A stretch of 63,807 nucleotides of DNA, counting the filler, from Pirum gemmata (taxonomy: Eukaryota): assembly GCA_002812295.1 (NCBI GenBank). It is 14 parts of 14 records of this genome, joined end to end, with 100 filler letters (N's around TTAATTAATTAA, not from the genome) between each part and the next. Parts side by side here need not be neighbours in the genome. Positions count along the whole stretch, not along the records: positions 44,940 to 49,343 come from PDIN01001206.1; positions 49,444 to 54,612 come from PDIN01001207.1; positions 54,713 to 59,306 come from PDIN01001208.1; positions 59,407 to 63,807 come from PDIN01001209.1; 10 more parts are not named here. One strand, 5' to 3'. Both the position numbers and the translations under genes were made by a program. Below the pieces are notes generated by a model, which was not told the origin of the DNA, made no database searches, and worked only from the letters and a program-made list of their open reading frames with translations. This document shows positions 49,260 through 63,105 of the stretch, piece by piece. Each line of letters begins with the position of its first letter. Position 1 is the first letter of the stretch.

Positions 49260-50110
49260 TTATTGTTGTTCTTATTTTTATTGTAATTGTTATTGTTATT
49301 GTTATTGTTATTGTTATTGTTATTGGTATTGTGGTTGTAATTGNNNNNNNNNNNNNNNNNNNNNNNNNNNNNNNNNNNNNNNNNNNNTTAATTAATTAAN
49401 NNNNNNNNNNNNNNNNNNNNNNNNNNNNNNNNNNNNNNNNNNNGTTATTAATATTGTTATTGTTATTGTTATTGTTTTTGTTACTGTTTTTGTTATTGTT
49501 ATTGTTATTGTTATTGTTATTGTTATTATTGTTATTATTATTATTGCTATTGCTATTGTTATTGTTATTGCTATTAATATTGTTATTGTTATTGTTTTTG
49601 TAATTTTATTGTTATTGTTATTGTTATTGTTATTGTTATTGTTATATTTATTGTTATTGTTATTGTTATTGTTATTGTTATTGTTATTAATTGATATTGT
49701 TATTGTTATTATTAATTAATATTGTTATTATTGTTAATATTGTTATTGTTATTGTTATTGTTATTGTTATTGTTATTGTTATTGTTATTGTTATTGTTAT
49801 TAATATTGTTATTAATATTGTTATTGTTATTGTTATAATTGTTATTGTTATTGTTATTGTTATTGTTATATATTGTTATTGTTATTGTTATTGTTATTGT
49901 TATTGTTAGTGTTAGTGTTAGTGTCAGTGTTATTAATATTTGTTATTAATAATATTCTTTTTGTAATTATTGTTATTGTTATTAATATATATTTTTAATG
50001 TTATTGTTAATGTTATTGTTATTGTTATTGTTATAATATTGTTATTAATTGTTATGGTTGTTGTTGTTGTTATTGTTATTGTTATTAATTAATTATTGTT
50101 ATTGTTATTG
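49260..50110. repeat. (TTATTG)n hexamer satellite on both sides of a linker
   Basis: Read directly from the sequence. Confidence 0.85.
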
Positions 50111-50525
50111 TCATATTACGAAAACCTACCCCTCTACGTCACAAAAATCCCCCCCCTACCTACCCGCCAGCGTTACGTAATTATTGAACGCTCCCCTAGC
50201 TCTACTAGTAGTCTAGTAAGCTTATGATAGACTAGGATAGTAGTAGACTATCATAGTTAGGGCTTAGGANTTTCGCTGTGTTCCACAAAAATCACAAGGG
50301 AAAGAAACTCCAGATCAGACCACTCTGTAGTGCACCGGTCAGTCCCTCTGCACCACCACCGCAGTACCACAGTACCACCGCTCCCGAGTCTCCAGTCACG
50401 TCAAGGGGTAGGTAGGTAGGTGGTATTTGACCAGAAATTAACGTAGAGGGGAAGAGTAGGGGAAGGTAGGTAGGGGTATTTGAAGCTGTATTTGACCCTT
50501 ATTATTGTATAGTATAAATAAATTA

Positions 50526-50740
50526 AGCCTCTCCCAATTCTGCTCGATACCCGAAAACTCGAATTTCTGCTGTCGAAAAAAAAAGCCGAAATTCAGCTCT
50601 GTTCGAAAATTATTTTTTCCATTTTTTCGGGTTTATAAATAAATAAATATACTTGAATACTTAACTGTTAGCTTAAAATGTTCGAGCTTATTTAATTACT
50701 GCATAGGCTCGAAAACTCGAAAGCAGAATGGTAGATGCCT
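50526..50740. mobile_element. MITE family D copy
   Basis: Homologous to 42891-43047 at both ends and internally. Confidence 0.65.
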
Positions 50741-51265
50741 GATATTATATAGCTAGCTAGCTAGGTAGAGCTAAGGTGTATCCGGATATATAGGTCTAGC
50801 TATCTATAGCTAGTTTCTCTATAGCTATCTGATAGCTGTAGCTAGCTAGCTAGTATCATTGATAGTAGTTCCTAGATAGTAGTTCTAGTATCAGATAGTG
50901 TTTCTCTGTGATTCTCTCAAACATTCCAAATGATACTTGTATGATAATATCACACTTAGTACCTGTTACTTGCTCAATTTTAAAACTACCTGTTGTATAT
51001 TGATATTGGGGTTAGTAATAATTATTATTATTGTTATATTATTACTAATTATAAGAGTGTTATCAGACTTATCAGGACACTCATCAACAAAAGTGCCAGT
51101 ATTCGCACATTTATTAACATTTGTAGCAAAAAGTGTCTATATATAATATACTGACTTGTTTCGTCAACAAAAATAGTTGGCAATAAGCATTGCATGTATA
51201 TAAAAAATTTAGAAATAATATTCTTGTAAACGACATGACATGTGTATAATATATACTTCTTTAAT

Positions 51266-51468
51266 TATAGTGCTTTTCAGTTGTTTTGTCATCATGAAAT
51301 ATACAATAAATAGTACCAAATAAATACAATATAAATCCATTTGATATAATATATTATTTTGGTGTATTTGATTATCTATAATTATGTATTGCTTTAAAAA
51401 TGTCAATTTAAAGATTATAACCCTCCAAATAAATGTTTAGAGTGGCAAAATAAATGAAAAGCACGATA
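51266..51468. mobile_element. MITE family A copy
   Basis: TATAGTGCTTTTCAGTTGTTTTGTCA...AAATGAAAAGCACGATA. Confidence 0.82.
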
Positions 51469-53126
51469 TTTTAAACTATTCTAGCAATTCATGTTTGGTG
51501 TAGAGTCAAGATCATGCATAGTATACGTATTATTAAATTTATAATTATTAATGACGTATTCTATTGTCCAGAACTAAATAGTACTTTACTAAACCTCGCA
51601 CCAATTTCATGTATTTTAATTAATTAATAACAGCGTAATATATATAATTATAGCTAACTGATTTATTTACAATGCTATTATACCCTAACACTCCCTAATT
51701 AACCTCTATCATAAGTAAGTACTATGCAATATTGATCACTCATCATGATCAATCAACATATGTATAAAAGTACAACACTAACCGTATCACAGCACGCACA
51801 ACCACAACATAACCCCGTGTACGTGGTTTACAACTATAACCACAAGTACAACGATAATAACCACGACAGCAACCCCAACGGCAACCCAACGACAATCACA
51901 ACGACAACCGCAGCCACTACAAACCACCACCATCAACATATCAAAACTAATTATAAACACAACAATTTTTTTTTCTTTTTTTCACAATACTTTTTTTTTA
52001 TAATTATTACAAACAATTAATTATTATCATATCAATTTATATACAGATAGATTCTCGTGGTACATTATATATAGACAAACTAGCTAGTTATAATATAAGC
52101 TGTTATCGATATAATATATAATTATATAATAGTTGTAATATTCTAATTTTATATAATAATATTATCACAAACCTATCACGATGTCGCGATGTATTATTAT
52201 TTTAAATCCCAGCTATTATGATATATATCTGTCTATATAATATTATATATTATGTAAATATCATTACTTAGTGAGAGGCGTTACTACAAACTACAAACTA
52301 CCTGAGGCTACCTGAGGTAGCAGCAGGTAGGCAAAGTAGGTTGCATTGTAAGTCTCTCTCTAGTAGGTGACAACTGGGGATTTTATATATTATTATATTA
52401 TATTGTACACGTCTATTTCATTACAGTTGTTCTCTCAATCTTTAAATTAGTAAGTATACTGTTTAAGTGTTATATAAAATAAAATATTTTAAGTATGAAA
52501 TACCAAATTAATTAAAACATAAGTATAAAATAACAATTTAATTATAGATAAAACATAATATTATATATGGTACATACATAGTCTACCCCCNNNNNNNNNN
52601 NNNNNNNNNNNNNNNNNNNNNNNNNNNNNNNNNNNNNNNNNNNNNNNNNNNNNNNNNNNNNNNNNNNNNNNNNNNNNNCCCCACGCATTTATTTTTATCA
52701 TAGCTTGAACTAGCTAGCTATACATATGACATAGCTATAGATATCGATAGCTTGAAAGTTAGCTAGCTAGAACACTTCTAGAACGAAAAAAGCTAGCTTT
52801 TAGTCTCTTAGATTACCATCTGCCTGTGTAGTTAGCTACTAGCTAGACTAGCTAGCTAGTGATATGGTCTGCTTTTAGCTACTCTAGCTAGCTAGCTACC
52901 TACTAGTATCATAGCTAGTAGCTACTAGCTACTAGGTAGAGCAGTTTTACCTCAGAGTTTTACCACTGTTTTACCTCCAAACTCCAAAGTTCCAACCTCC
53001 TCCAAGTTGTCTCTTAGTAGTTACTTAGCTAACTAGCTAGTCTAGCTACTATTATTAATTGTTATTATTAATTATTATTATCATTAATTATTATTATTAA
53101 TTATTATTATTAATTATTATTATCAT

Positions 53127-53240
53127 TAATTCCAGAGGTCTAGTAGCCAAACAATATTCATTGTTGTAATGTAATTTAGGTATTAATTCCAGAGGTCTAG
53201 TAGCCAAACAATATTCATTGTTGTAATGTAATTTAGGTAC
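53127..53240. repeat. 57-bp perfect tandem duplication
   Basis: taattccagaggtctagtagccaaacaatattcattgttgtaatgtaatttaggta occurs twice; may be an assembly artefact. Confidence 0.8.
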
Positions 53241-53726
53241 TGTTCCACCTTAATATAATAATATATAAATAAATAATTATTAATATAATAATAATAATAT
53301 TATATCTAGCGATAGTAGACTATCATTAGGTAGCTAGAGAATTCATAGTTAGCTAGCTAGCTAGCTAGGTTGTTGTCAAAAAAAAAAAGGTGTTGGCAAC
53401 TTTCAGAAATTCAGACACTGACCCCCCCCCCCAGACAGGGGTTGTAGGGGGGGGGGGGGGGAATACCCCCCCTGATGACGATACTACCTTAATAAAAAGA
53501 CTCGATCATACTACCCTATTATTTAGACACTACACTATCCATAGATTATTATTTATTTTGACTAATTACACATTCTATCAGTATCATAATAATAATAATC
53601 ATGATACTAGCTAGCTAGTACTAGTAGTAGCTGGCTAAAGGTAGTCACAGACTCACAGCACTACTAGCTAGACTAACTATCACTAAACCACTACTAGACC
53701 CGGCAGTTGTAGACTATCTATTGTAA

Positions 53727-54151
53727 ATTTTGTCACTCTGAATATTTATTTTGTTGGTTATAAGATTTAAATTGATATTTTTAAATTTTAAAATTAGATT
53801 ATAAAATATACCAAATATTAAATAAAATGGATTTATATTTGGTACTCTTTACTGTATATTTTATGATGACAAAACAACTGAAAAGCACGTTTATGATTAT
53901 TATAATAATAAATTAGAAACACTTTTGACTCTTTCAAAGTCGTTCTCAATATCGATAATATTATGATGAAGAGCATAATTTTATATTTCAGTTGTTAGGT
54001 TGTTTTGTCATCATAAAGTATACAATAAAGGATCCAAATTAATATAATATACATCCATTTAATTTAATATTTGGTATATTCATTATCTTTATTTTGATTT
54101 AAAAATGTCAATTTTAAAGATTATAACCCTCCAAATAAATATTCAGAGTAA

Positions 54152-54153
<2 letters not shown>
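53727..54153. mobile_element. Two partial MITE family A copies in opposite orientation
   Basis: 53727-53890 and about 53985-54153 both match the family A interior. Confidence 0.7.
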
Positions 54154-54218
<65 letters not shown>

Positions 54219-54882
54219 CATACCAACTTCAAAACTGAGACCTTCAAAAAACATATTGAAGGCTTTGGAAGCTGAAAACGGGTTTGTGAACTCAAATCAA
54301 ATCAAAGGCCACCACACTCACTCGTTTGTACCCCTTTTTTGAAACTCAAAAGTGTTGGAGGCTGGTAGAATTTCCATGTAGAAAAGCCACGTATTTCTTT
54401 TTACTTAGTTCTTTTTTTCCCTTCCTTTTTCTTTTCATGATAAATTACTTAGACTATAATAAAATAATAAAATAAAATCTATTGGTAATAATCTAGCTAA
54501 CTAGCTAGTGGCAATATTATATGTAATCTATCAGGAGGGATGAGATGACGTCATCTTACCAATTGGACGCTCGGACCGGCGAACTTCCAGAAATTTGCCT
54601 AAAGTTACTATANNNNNNNNNNNNNNNNNNNNNNNNNNNNNNNNNNNNNNNNNNNNTTAATTAATTAANNNNNNNNNNNNNNNNNNNNNNNNNNNNNNNN
54701 NNNNNNNNNNNNTAATAAATAATAATAAATAATAATAAATATTAATAAATAACAATAATAATAATAGTAATAATAATAATAATAATAATAAATAATAAAT
54801 AATAACAATAATAACAATAATAATAAGTAATAAATAATAATAATAATACTAATAATAATAATTTAATTACAATATAACATAG

Positions 54883-55194
54883 GTGCTTACGTAACCTTGG
54901 CTGCTAGGAGAGAAAATAACCTAAAAGAAGTACAAGACTCCCTGCCTGCCCTTTCAAAAAATTATCCCCACAATCCAAGCCGTCAAAATAAAGAAAGTGA
55001 AACTCCTTCCTCGCTGAGGGTGGTTACTGACGTCACTGATAGAAAACAAGTAAAAGAAATGGTGGCGAAAACAACTAAAGTTTTTGGTCGACACCCTGAT
55101 ATTCTTATTAATGTTGCTGGTGTGATGTATTTTACTTTAATGAAAAATTTACACGAAGAAGAATGGGAGAGGACAATTGACGTGTGTGTAAAAG
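54883..55194 (+). CDS. Internal exon encoding part of a classical SDR domain
   Basis: catAG|(G)AYVTLAARR...TDVTDRKQV...DILINVAGVMYFTLMKNLHEEEWERTIDVCVKG|GT. Confidence 0.8.
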
Positions 55195-55265
55195 GTTAAT
55201 ATTAATGTGTGAATGTGTTTGATTATTGTTATTGTTATTGTTGATGATGATGATGTTGTTGATGA

Positions 55266-55320
<55 letters not shown>

Positions 55321-55322
55321 GC

Positions 55323-55367
<45 letters not shown>

Positions 55368-55378
55368 NTTATGAGTAG

Positions 55379-55549
55379 GAGATTTAGGGGAAGAGAGTTT
55401 TGGTTTAGACAAAGACGTGTGGAAAAAACTGTCTCACGAGGTGGATGCTGTTTTTCACGTTGGAGCGCATGTCAATTTAGTTTTGCCTTACGATGTATTA
55501 AGAAATACCAATGTACTAGCAACAAAAGAAATTATAAAATTGAGCACAG
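55379..55549 (+). CDS. Internal exon encoding part of an NRPS-type thioester reductase (NAD_binding_4/Lys2-like) domain
   Basis: gtAG|(G)DLGEESFGLDKDVWKKLSHEVDAVFHVGAHVNLVLPYDVLRNTNVLATKEIIKLST|GT matches GDL....GL....W..L...VD.I.H.GA.VN...PY..L...NV.GT. Confidence 0.8.
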
Positions 55550-55880
55550 GTTTGTTTGTTTGTTTGTTGTATGTTGTATGTTTGTTTGTTTGTTTGTTGT
55601 ATATTGTATGTATGTTTGTTTGTTTGTTTGTTTGTTTGTTTGTTTGTTTGTTTGTTTGTTTGTTTGTTTGTTTGTTTGTTTATTTTGTTTATTTTGTTTG
55701 TTTGTTTGTTTGTTTGTTTGTTTGTTTGTTTGTTTTAGAACTTGTATTTTGATTTCAAAATTTCTTTTTAAACAAAATAGCCATAATTACTTTATTTTTA
55801 TTATTTTATTATTATTTTTAAAAAAAAAAACAAGTTTTTTATTTGTATTATTAATGGAGGTATCTATCCAAATAATTATA

Positions 55881-55916
<36 letters not shown>

Positions 55917-56435
55917 AAAATCAAAGCACCAATTATATTCAAATAAATAAGAAAGAAAAGGTTTACAAAATTTCCCAAATTTTGAAAAAGGCTAAAATTA
56001 TTTGAGGTCTCAGTGTAATTAGTGTGTAATTTCTCACACACACCACCTACACACCAGTATTAGACACACAGAAAAGAAAAAAATTGAAAAAAAAATCATA
56101 GCTTTTTTTTATACAACAAAATGAGTAGATGAGTGACCTGGGCAGTAGTAGACCTAGACTATGCTGTCCAATTCAAAAACTGATAAACATACCAAATTAT
56201 CATTATGGTTAAACTATCAGACATGTTTTATTTAATTTGGAATTTTATACCTAATATTGTATTTTATAAAAAAGTACAATTATACGCTAAAACCGTACCA
56301 AATTAAAGATTGAGAAGAGAGTTGTAATCTAGGAGTTGTAATACTAGCTAGTCTACCACTTCTACTGCCGAGGGCTCGGTGGATTGCTGGAGCTACTGAG
56401 AGTTTTTGAATTAATTTTCTTTTTCTTTATCTTAC

Positions 56436-56535
<100 letters not shown>

Positions 56536-56945
56536 GGGTGTGGTGGTACTAGCCTGGATTCGATGGTTTTCCCACATCTCCTGGTATACTTTAATACCTT
56601 TGTACCGTAGTCTACAATGAATAACATTATAATCAATTAGTTGATGTTATGATTATGACAATTTTATAGCCATAATTAATATTATGATTAAAAAATACTG
56701 GTACGCATTAACCGAATTGTACGGAAATCATTAGTAAAAGAAGGAGATCATTATAAGCTAAGTTTAACAAATGTATTAGGTAGTTTGGGTATGGCATCAT
56801 ATCTTTTATTAAAATATTTAGGTGAAATAGTTATTAATAATAAATTAATATATAAAATCATTATGCAATTATGCAATTATAATTGTGCAATTTCTATACA
56901 TTGCTTTCTTTCCATCGGTTGGTATAGCTGCAGTTGGTGTATAGA

Positions 56946-57902
56946 TAGGGTTAGGGTTAGGGTTAGGGTTAGGGTTAGGGTTAGAGTTAGGGTTAAGGTT
57001 AGGGTTAGGGTTAGCACACTTGTACACTGCATGTATGATATATGGCATTATAATCAATTAGTTGATGTTATGATTATGACAATTTTATAGTCATAATTAT
57101 ATTATTATTATGATTAAAAAATACTGGTACGTATACCCTTCGTATTTATCGCCTTTATATATAATATAATATTATTAATGTATATAATTATATAGGGTTA
57201 GGGTTAGGGCTAGAGTTAGGGTTAAGGTTAGGGTTAAGGTTAGGGTTAGGGTTAGGGTTAGGGTTAATTAGGGTTAGAGTTAGGGTTAGGGTTAAGTAGG
57301 GTTAGGGGTTAATTAGGGTTAGGGTCAGGGTTAAGATTAATTAGGGCTAGGGCTAGGGTTAGGGTTAGGATTATAATAAACAACTGCGTTAGAAGACTTT
57401 AGAAGTGTCCACTTAATACTAGTCACGTGACTTACATTAATCACACTGTATTATTATTAATTTATTGTATTAATTAATTAACTAATGCTCGCACCTAGAA
57501 TTTTAATAATTTTTAGCAAAGTGATAACCTTAGCTCATCCGGATATAAAAATTACGACATGACCTCAAAAATCCAAAAAGGCTCAAAATGCTCCAATTTT
57601 AAAATGAAAATAATATACCAAATTTTGAGAAATCGTCTAAACTAAGAAAACTATATCATGAACTATTTAGGGTTAGGGTTAGGGTTAGGGTTAGGGTTAG
57701 GGTTAGGGTTAGGGTTAGGGTTAGGGTTAGGGTTAGGGTTAGGGTTAGGGTTAGGGTTAGGGTTAGGGTTATAGGTAAACTTTCCAACTTAGGATAGTCT
57801 CGAAAGTCCCCATTTGAATTAGGTAGCTTGTGGGCTGTTATATGCAATCTGGGTGGGTTAGAACTCCATTCTTAGGGTTAGGGTTAAGGGTTAGGGTTAG
57901 GT
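56946..57902 (+). repeat. Cluster of interstitial (TTAGGG)n arrays at 56946-57014, 57193-57369, 57667-57771 and 57872-57902
   Basis: Read directly; unique sequence lies between the arrays. Confidence 0.88.
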
Positions 57903-57923
57903 AGAAACAGCAAAATTATTTAT

Positions 57924-58487
57924 TATAGTGCTTTTCAGTTGTTTTGTCATCATAAAATATACAATAGATAGTACCAAATTAATATGATATAAGACAAAAT
58001 AAATGAAAAGCATGGTAATACTGTTTCGTTTACAACCATATCTTATCGCGTTTTTCAATAGTGTTATTCAGTTCAAAAGCTGAAATAAAACGTACCAAAT
58101 TGTGATTATAGTTAAACTATCGAACATGTTTTAATTAATTTGGTATTTTATACTTAATGTTTTATTTTATAAAAAAGTACAATTATACACTTAAACAGTA
58201 CCAAATTAAACATTGAGAGGGCAACTGTAATTAAATAGACGATAATTATAATAATTATTTTTTAAATTATTTACATAATGACGCATTTAGTATTGTATAA
58301 AGTGCTTTTTATTTATTTTGTTACTCCGAATATTTATTTGGTTGGTTATAATTTTTAATTGGCATTGTTAAAATGAATAAATGAATAATAAACTATACCA
58401 AATTAAATAAAATGGATTTATATTGTGTTAATTTGGTACTATTTATTTTATATTTTTTATGATGGCAAAACAACTAAAAAGCACGAT
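57924..58487. mobile_element. MITE cluster: internally deleted A (57924-58015), B (58044-58244) and A (58301-58487)
   Basis: TIRs and interiors match the families defined above. Confidence 0.75.
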
Positions 58488-59465
58488 TTTATATAGACAT
58501 AATAGGCTTCTGTGTAGTAATAGTAATAGTTATAATTATATTTGATAGTGTTTTCTTTTTTTAAGTTATAGGGAGTTTTTTTCCTCACCCACCCTTATTT
58601 ACTCTGTTGAAATTTTTTATTGGGGGGTTTGGGAAGGAGGGATGAGATGACGTCATCTTACCAATTCCAGAAATTTGCCTAAAGTTACTATAAATAGTAT
58701 AATAATCTCTTTTTAAAGTAACTACTTAAATAGGTAGTTACTAAATAAATAATTACAAATACTAAATATGGTAAGGCGAAACAGGCGAACAACATTNNNN
58801 NNNNNNNNNNNNNNNNNNNNNNNNNNNNNNNNNNNNNNNNNNNNNNNNNNNNNNNNNNNNNNNNNCCCCTCCCAGACCTTGTCCAGTTTTAGGCCTGTTT
58901 TTTTATCCAATGCAAAAACCCTTTTATGTGGTTTGTGCCACTGATGAAGATGAAACGAATTTCCAATATGTGTTTGAATCCAATAGAATTAGTCCATATT
59001 AACATTTCTTGTCTACGAGCCAAGAGTTTAGACTCTAGTAGAGATGCCAATATGATATGAGTAGTAGACTATCATTGTAAAGTTTTTATTCATACGTTTT
59101 ACATAGTAAACATGTGTTTTTTAACCCAGTCATCTATCTGTTAACTTACATAAAACCATTTATCTTTTTCATAATAAAAAGAGTTTCTGTGACTGTGCGT
59201 TGGCGTGGCATAATGATATAATAATAATAATAACAATAAATAATAATGTTGTCGGCTAAATAGTATTATCCGAATTACGTTGAGTATTAATTAAGATCGA
59301 AACACANNNNNNNNNNNNNNNNNNNNNNNNNNNNNNNNNNNNNNNNNNNNTTAATTAATTAANNNNNNNNNNNNNNNNNNNNNNNNNNNNNNNNNNNNNN
59401 NNNNNNATTTTTCACATATGAGGTCATACTACTTTTTTTCAACAATCAAAAAACTAAAGTTGACC

Positions 59466-60008
59466 TACCTAACCTTAACCCTAACAGTTCCCTGACTTTA
59501 ACCCTAACCCTAACCCTAACCCTAACCCTAACTCTAATACTAACCCGAACGCTAACTCTAACGCCAATGCTGACCCTACCCTAACCTTAACCCTAACTGT
59601 AACCCTACCCCTAATTGTAGAATACACGGATGTATTAAATTTTGTAAATCACGATAACGATGACCTAGAAGAATTATCGCCAGAAAGAGAATATGATATG
59701 GCGATTAAACTGGGAAAAGGGACTATTCTACCCGAAGCTTCTAGGGTATACCCTATGTCACCAGCCCATTTGAATTTGAAGGCGCCTATTCCTTAAACTT
59801 AACCCTAGCCCAGGCCCCAACCCTATAGCCCTATAGTATAACCCTATAACCTTATAACCCTGAAACTGAACCCTAGCCCAGGCCCTAACCCTATAACCCT
59901 AACCCTTAAAACTCTAATTATAATCCTAATCTAAAACCCTAACATTAACCCTAACCCTAACATTAACCCTAACCCTAGCCCAGCCCCTAGCCCCCAACTC
60001 CTAACCCC
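59466..60008 (-). repeat. Degenerate telomeric arrays, (CCCTAA)n on +, at 59466-59614 and 59799-60008
   Basis: Read directly; the arrays flank a retroelement fragment. Confidence 0.8.
59617..59796 (+). mobile_element. Ty3/gypsy pol fragment (linker between protease and reverse transcriptase)
   Basis: VEYTDVL...LEELSPEREYDMAIKLGKGTILPEASRVYPMSPAHL matches the Ty3/Tf2-type pattern EY.DVF...LPP.R.YD..I.L..G..P....Y..SP.EL. Confidence 0.65.
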
Positions 60009-60149
60009 ATGAAATTGGAAACATGCCTAGTGTCTCTTTCTAAGAGGTATCGTACGATATGATAACAATACTAAATTAATTATTAACTCAAAGAAAACCA
60101 ACAAGACGATAAAATAGACTTTCAAAAATTAACCTTTTAAATGCCAATG

Positions 60150-60262
<113 letters not shown>

Positions 60263-62099
60263 NCAGACAAAAATACTAAAGAAGACTAAACTGTAGGTAG
60301 ACTATCATCATATTATCATAAAAATTATTGGACTTCAACAAAAAAAATATGAAAATCTTTTTTTTTTTTTTTTTTGAAACGAGCAGGAGTTCATAGTCTA
60401 CTAGTACTCTAGAGTACTCTAGCCAATCTAGCTAGGTCTAGGTGCGAGATCAGCTAGCTAGCTAGAGAGATCAGGGCAATGAGGGCAATGAGGGCCATTG
60501 AGGGGCCTGATTGAGGGCTCAATGAGGGCTAGTCTAACTAGCTAGGCTAGCTAGGCAATCAGGGCATCATCTGTCACCAGGCATCAATCCCACATCATCA
60601 ATAGAGCTAGCTAGTAGTAGCCCTAACTCAGTAGCTCCGTAGTAGTCAAGGAATTGAAGTCCTTGTATTAATCTATTATTATTATATTATTATTAGTCTA
60701 TTATTTTTTTTTTTCTCGCAAAAACATAAAAAGTACCAAAAAAGTACCAAAAAATATAAAAAGAACAAAAAATATCGATACACAAGTGATATACCGGTAC
60801 ACTAAAAAATTATACACTAATAAGACAGACAGTAGGGGGTCTATATACAAAAAATGTAAAAAATGTATAGAATCCTATTCTCACTGAGTATTCTCAGCTA
60901 CTAGCTAGCAGTTTAGCTAGCTAGTAGGAAATTACGAATCCTACGATATTATACTGATATTATCATTATCATAGCTAGCTAGCTAGCTAGCATAGAATCC
61001 AGTAGAATCTAGCTAGCTCTAGCTAGCCAGTAGAGTACTACCTTAGGCGTACAGACACAGGTCACACAGCCTAGACTACTCTCACTCTGGATCTACAATT
61101 TTCGATTTTCGTGGAAATCAAAAATGAAGTGACACAACTTCACACAAGACAAGACGCAAGCAAAACTATCTGGTGCTTATTACTAATTATTAGAGACGAA
61201 GGATGAAATTTTTTTATTTCATTTTTTCTTTTATCGTATGGATTATAGTTGGATTTAATATTATTATGATATGATATATTATCGTTTACATATAGTGGTA
61301 GTGGTAGACTGGTAGTGGTAGTAGTAGTGGTAGTGGTAGTGGTAGTAGACGTGGTAGTGATAGTGATAGTACGTGGTAGTGGCAGTGGTAATGGTAATGG
61401 TAATGGAAGTGGTAGTGGTAGTGGTGGTTATGGTGGTACTGGTAATGGTAATAGTAGTGGAAGTGGTGGTTATGGTGGTAGTGGTAATGGTGGTGGTAGT
61501 GGTAATGGTGGTGGTAGTGGTAATGGTGGTGGTAGTGGTAACTATGGTGGTACAACTACTCATAACACTTGCTACCACTACCACTACCACTAGCTAGGGT
61601 TAAGATTAAATTGATGCAGTAATAGTATTGATACTATGAAATAGACAAACTAAATAGACTCAAATAATTATATATAAATATACCTTTAACTGGTATGAAG
61701 AGCTGACCCCTTAGGGGAAAACTATATTAATATATAGTCTAGTTTTCGGACTGTCTTCTAGAACATGCTTGTTGTAATTGTGAGTGTAATTATAAACCAC
61801 AATAACTAAAGGCACCCTTGAGACTATTTTGTGCAAAAATCGACTAATGAAAAATTATGATAAAGTATAATAATAATAACAATAATAGAAATAATAATAA
61901 TAATAATAGTAATTACTAAACAGCATAATGTTGCGCAATTGCCAAAAAATCACTACTTCCGTGAAAGAAGAGATTGGATCGTTCAAAGAGCAAACAATTA
62001 TTTTTTAAAAAAAACAAAGAGTAGCTTGTTAGGTAATAGTTTATACATTAGGTTTAGCTAAAGTTCACAATATTATTATATAGATCAAATTTCATTTAT

Positions 62100-62863
62100 T
62101 TTATCATGCGTTAAACGTTTTCCGTTTCAGATCATGTAAATGCTCCTGAAGAAATTAAGAGTAAAGTATGATGATTTGAAATAAAGTGCATTATTTACAA
62201 GGCTTACTAGTCAAGGAAACTGCAGGCGGAAAGAAGAGAGATGTACAACCTTATCTTTAACTTTTTGGTCTCGAATGGTTTAGAATTTCATATTGTAGAA
62301 AGAGACCGGTTTAGGAATTTATTGCGGAAAATCACAATCTTTCGATTTAGAAAAATAATATACCTTTTATAGGCAAAAGTTTTCGAATAAAACTCTGGAA
62401 AGAAAGTAAGTTATTATTATTGACTTTTTTTCTCGAGTTTCGTTTGAAAGCTTTTTATTATACTTTGTATTTTCAAGCATGTCCCCACATCGAGGGTCAG
62501 TGATTTTCCGAAATAAATTCCTATTAAGTAATATGAACATTAAATTATTCGATTGTACTTTATATGATTAACATTCATATTGTAGAAAGGGACCGGTTCA
62601 GGAATTTATTGCAGAAAATCACAATCTTTCGATTTGGAAAAATAATATACCTTTTATAGGCAAAAGTTTTCGAATAAAACTCTGGGAAGAAAGTAAGTTA
62701 TATTATTATTGACTTTCTTTCTCGAGTTTCGTTTGAAAGCTTTTTATTATACTTTGTATTTTCAAGCATGTCCCTACATCGAGGGTCAGTGATTTTCCGA
62801 AATAAATTCCTATTTAGTAATATGAACATTAAATTATTCGATTGTGTTTTATATGATTAACAA
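62100..62863 (+). pseudogene. Degraded hAT transposase N-terminal fragment with a 287-bp tandem duplication (62287-62573 and 62574-62863)
   Basis: MYNLIFNFLVSNGLEFHIVERDRFRNLLRKI from 62241 resembles the hAT motif F...NGLPF..VE...FR.LL; frameshifted; the duplication is directly visible. Confidence 0.5.
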
Positions 62864-63073
62864 CTATCATATCTTACAGGTCATTTTCTTTGGTTCTTGT
62901 ACGTAGTTCTTTTGAGTTTTATTTCAGTTTTAAAATACAATTTTGATTAGTTTAGTTTAGTTTCGAAGTACTCGTTTATTTTTGTTTTCACCAATAAATA
63001 ATAATAATAATATAAAAATTTCAGTTAAAAAAGCAAAGAACTGAATCAATACAAAAAAAAAAAAAAAAAAAAA

Positions 63074-63105
<32 letters not shown>

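Noticed and set aside
57421..57432. E-box palindrome AGTCACGTGACT (also GTCACGTGA near 14878)
   Set aside because: No linked gene start; short motifs alone are not supportable.
58925..58962. Hammerhead-like CTGATGA...GAAAC
   Set aside because: No valid stem II or III and no NUH cleavage triplet in the right place.
61290..61597. Gly/Ser/Asn-rich ORF
   Set aside because: Lies within a GGTAGT/GGTAAT repeat open in several frames; no splice or start support.
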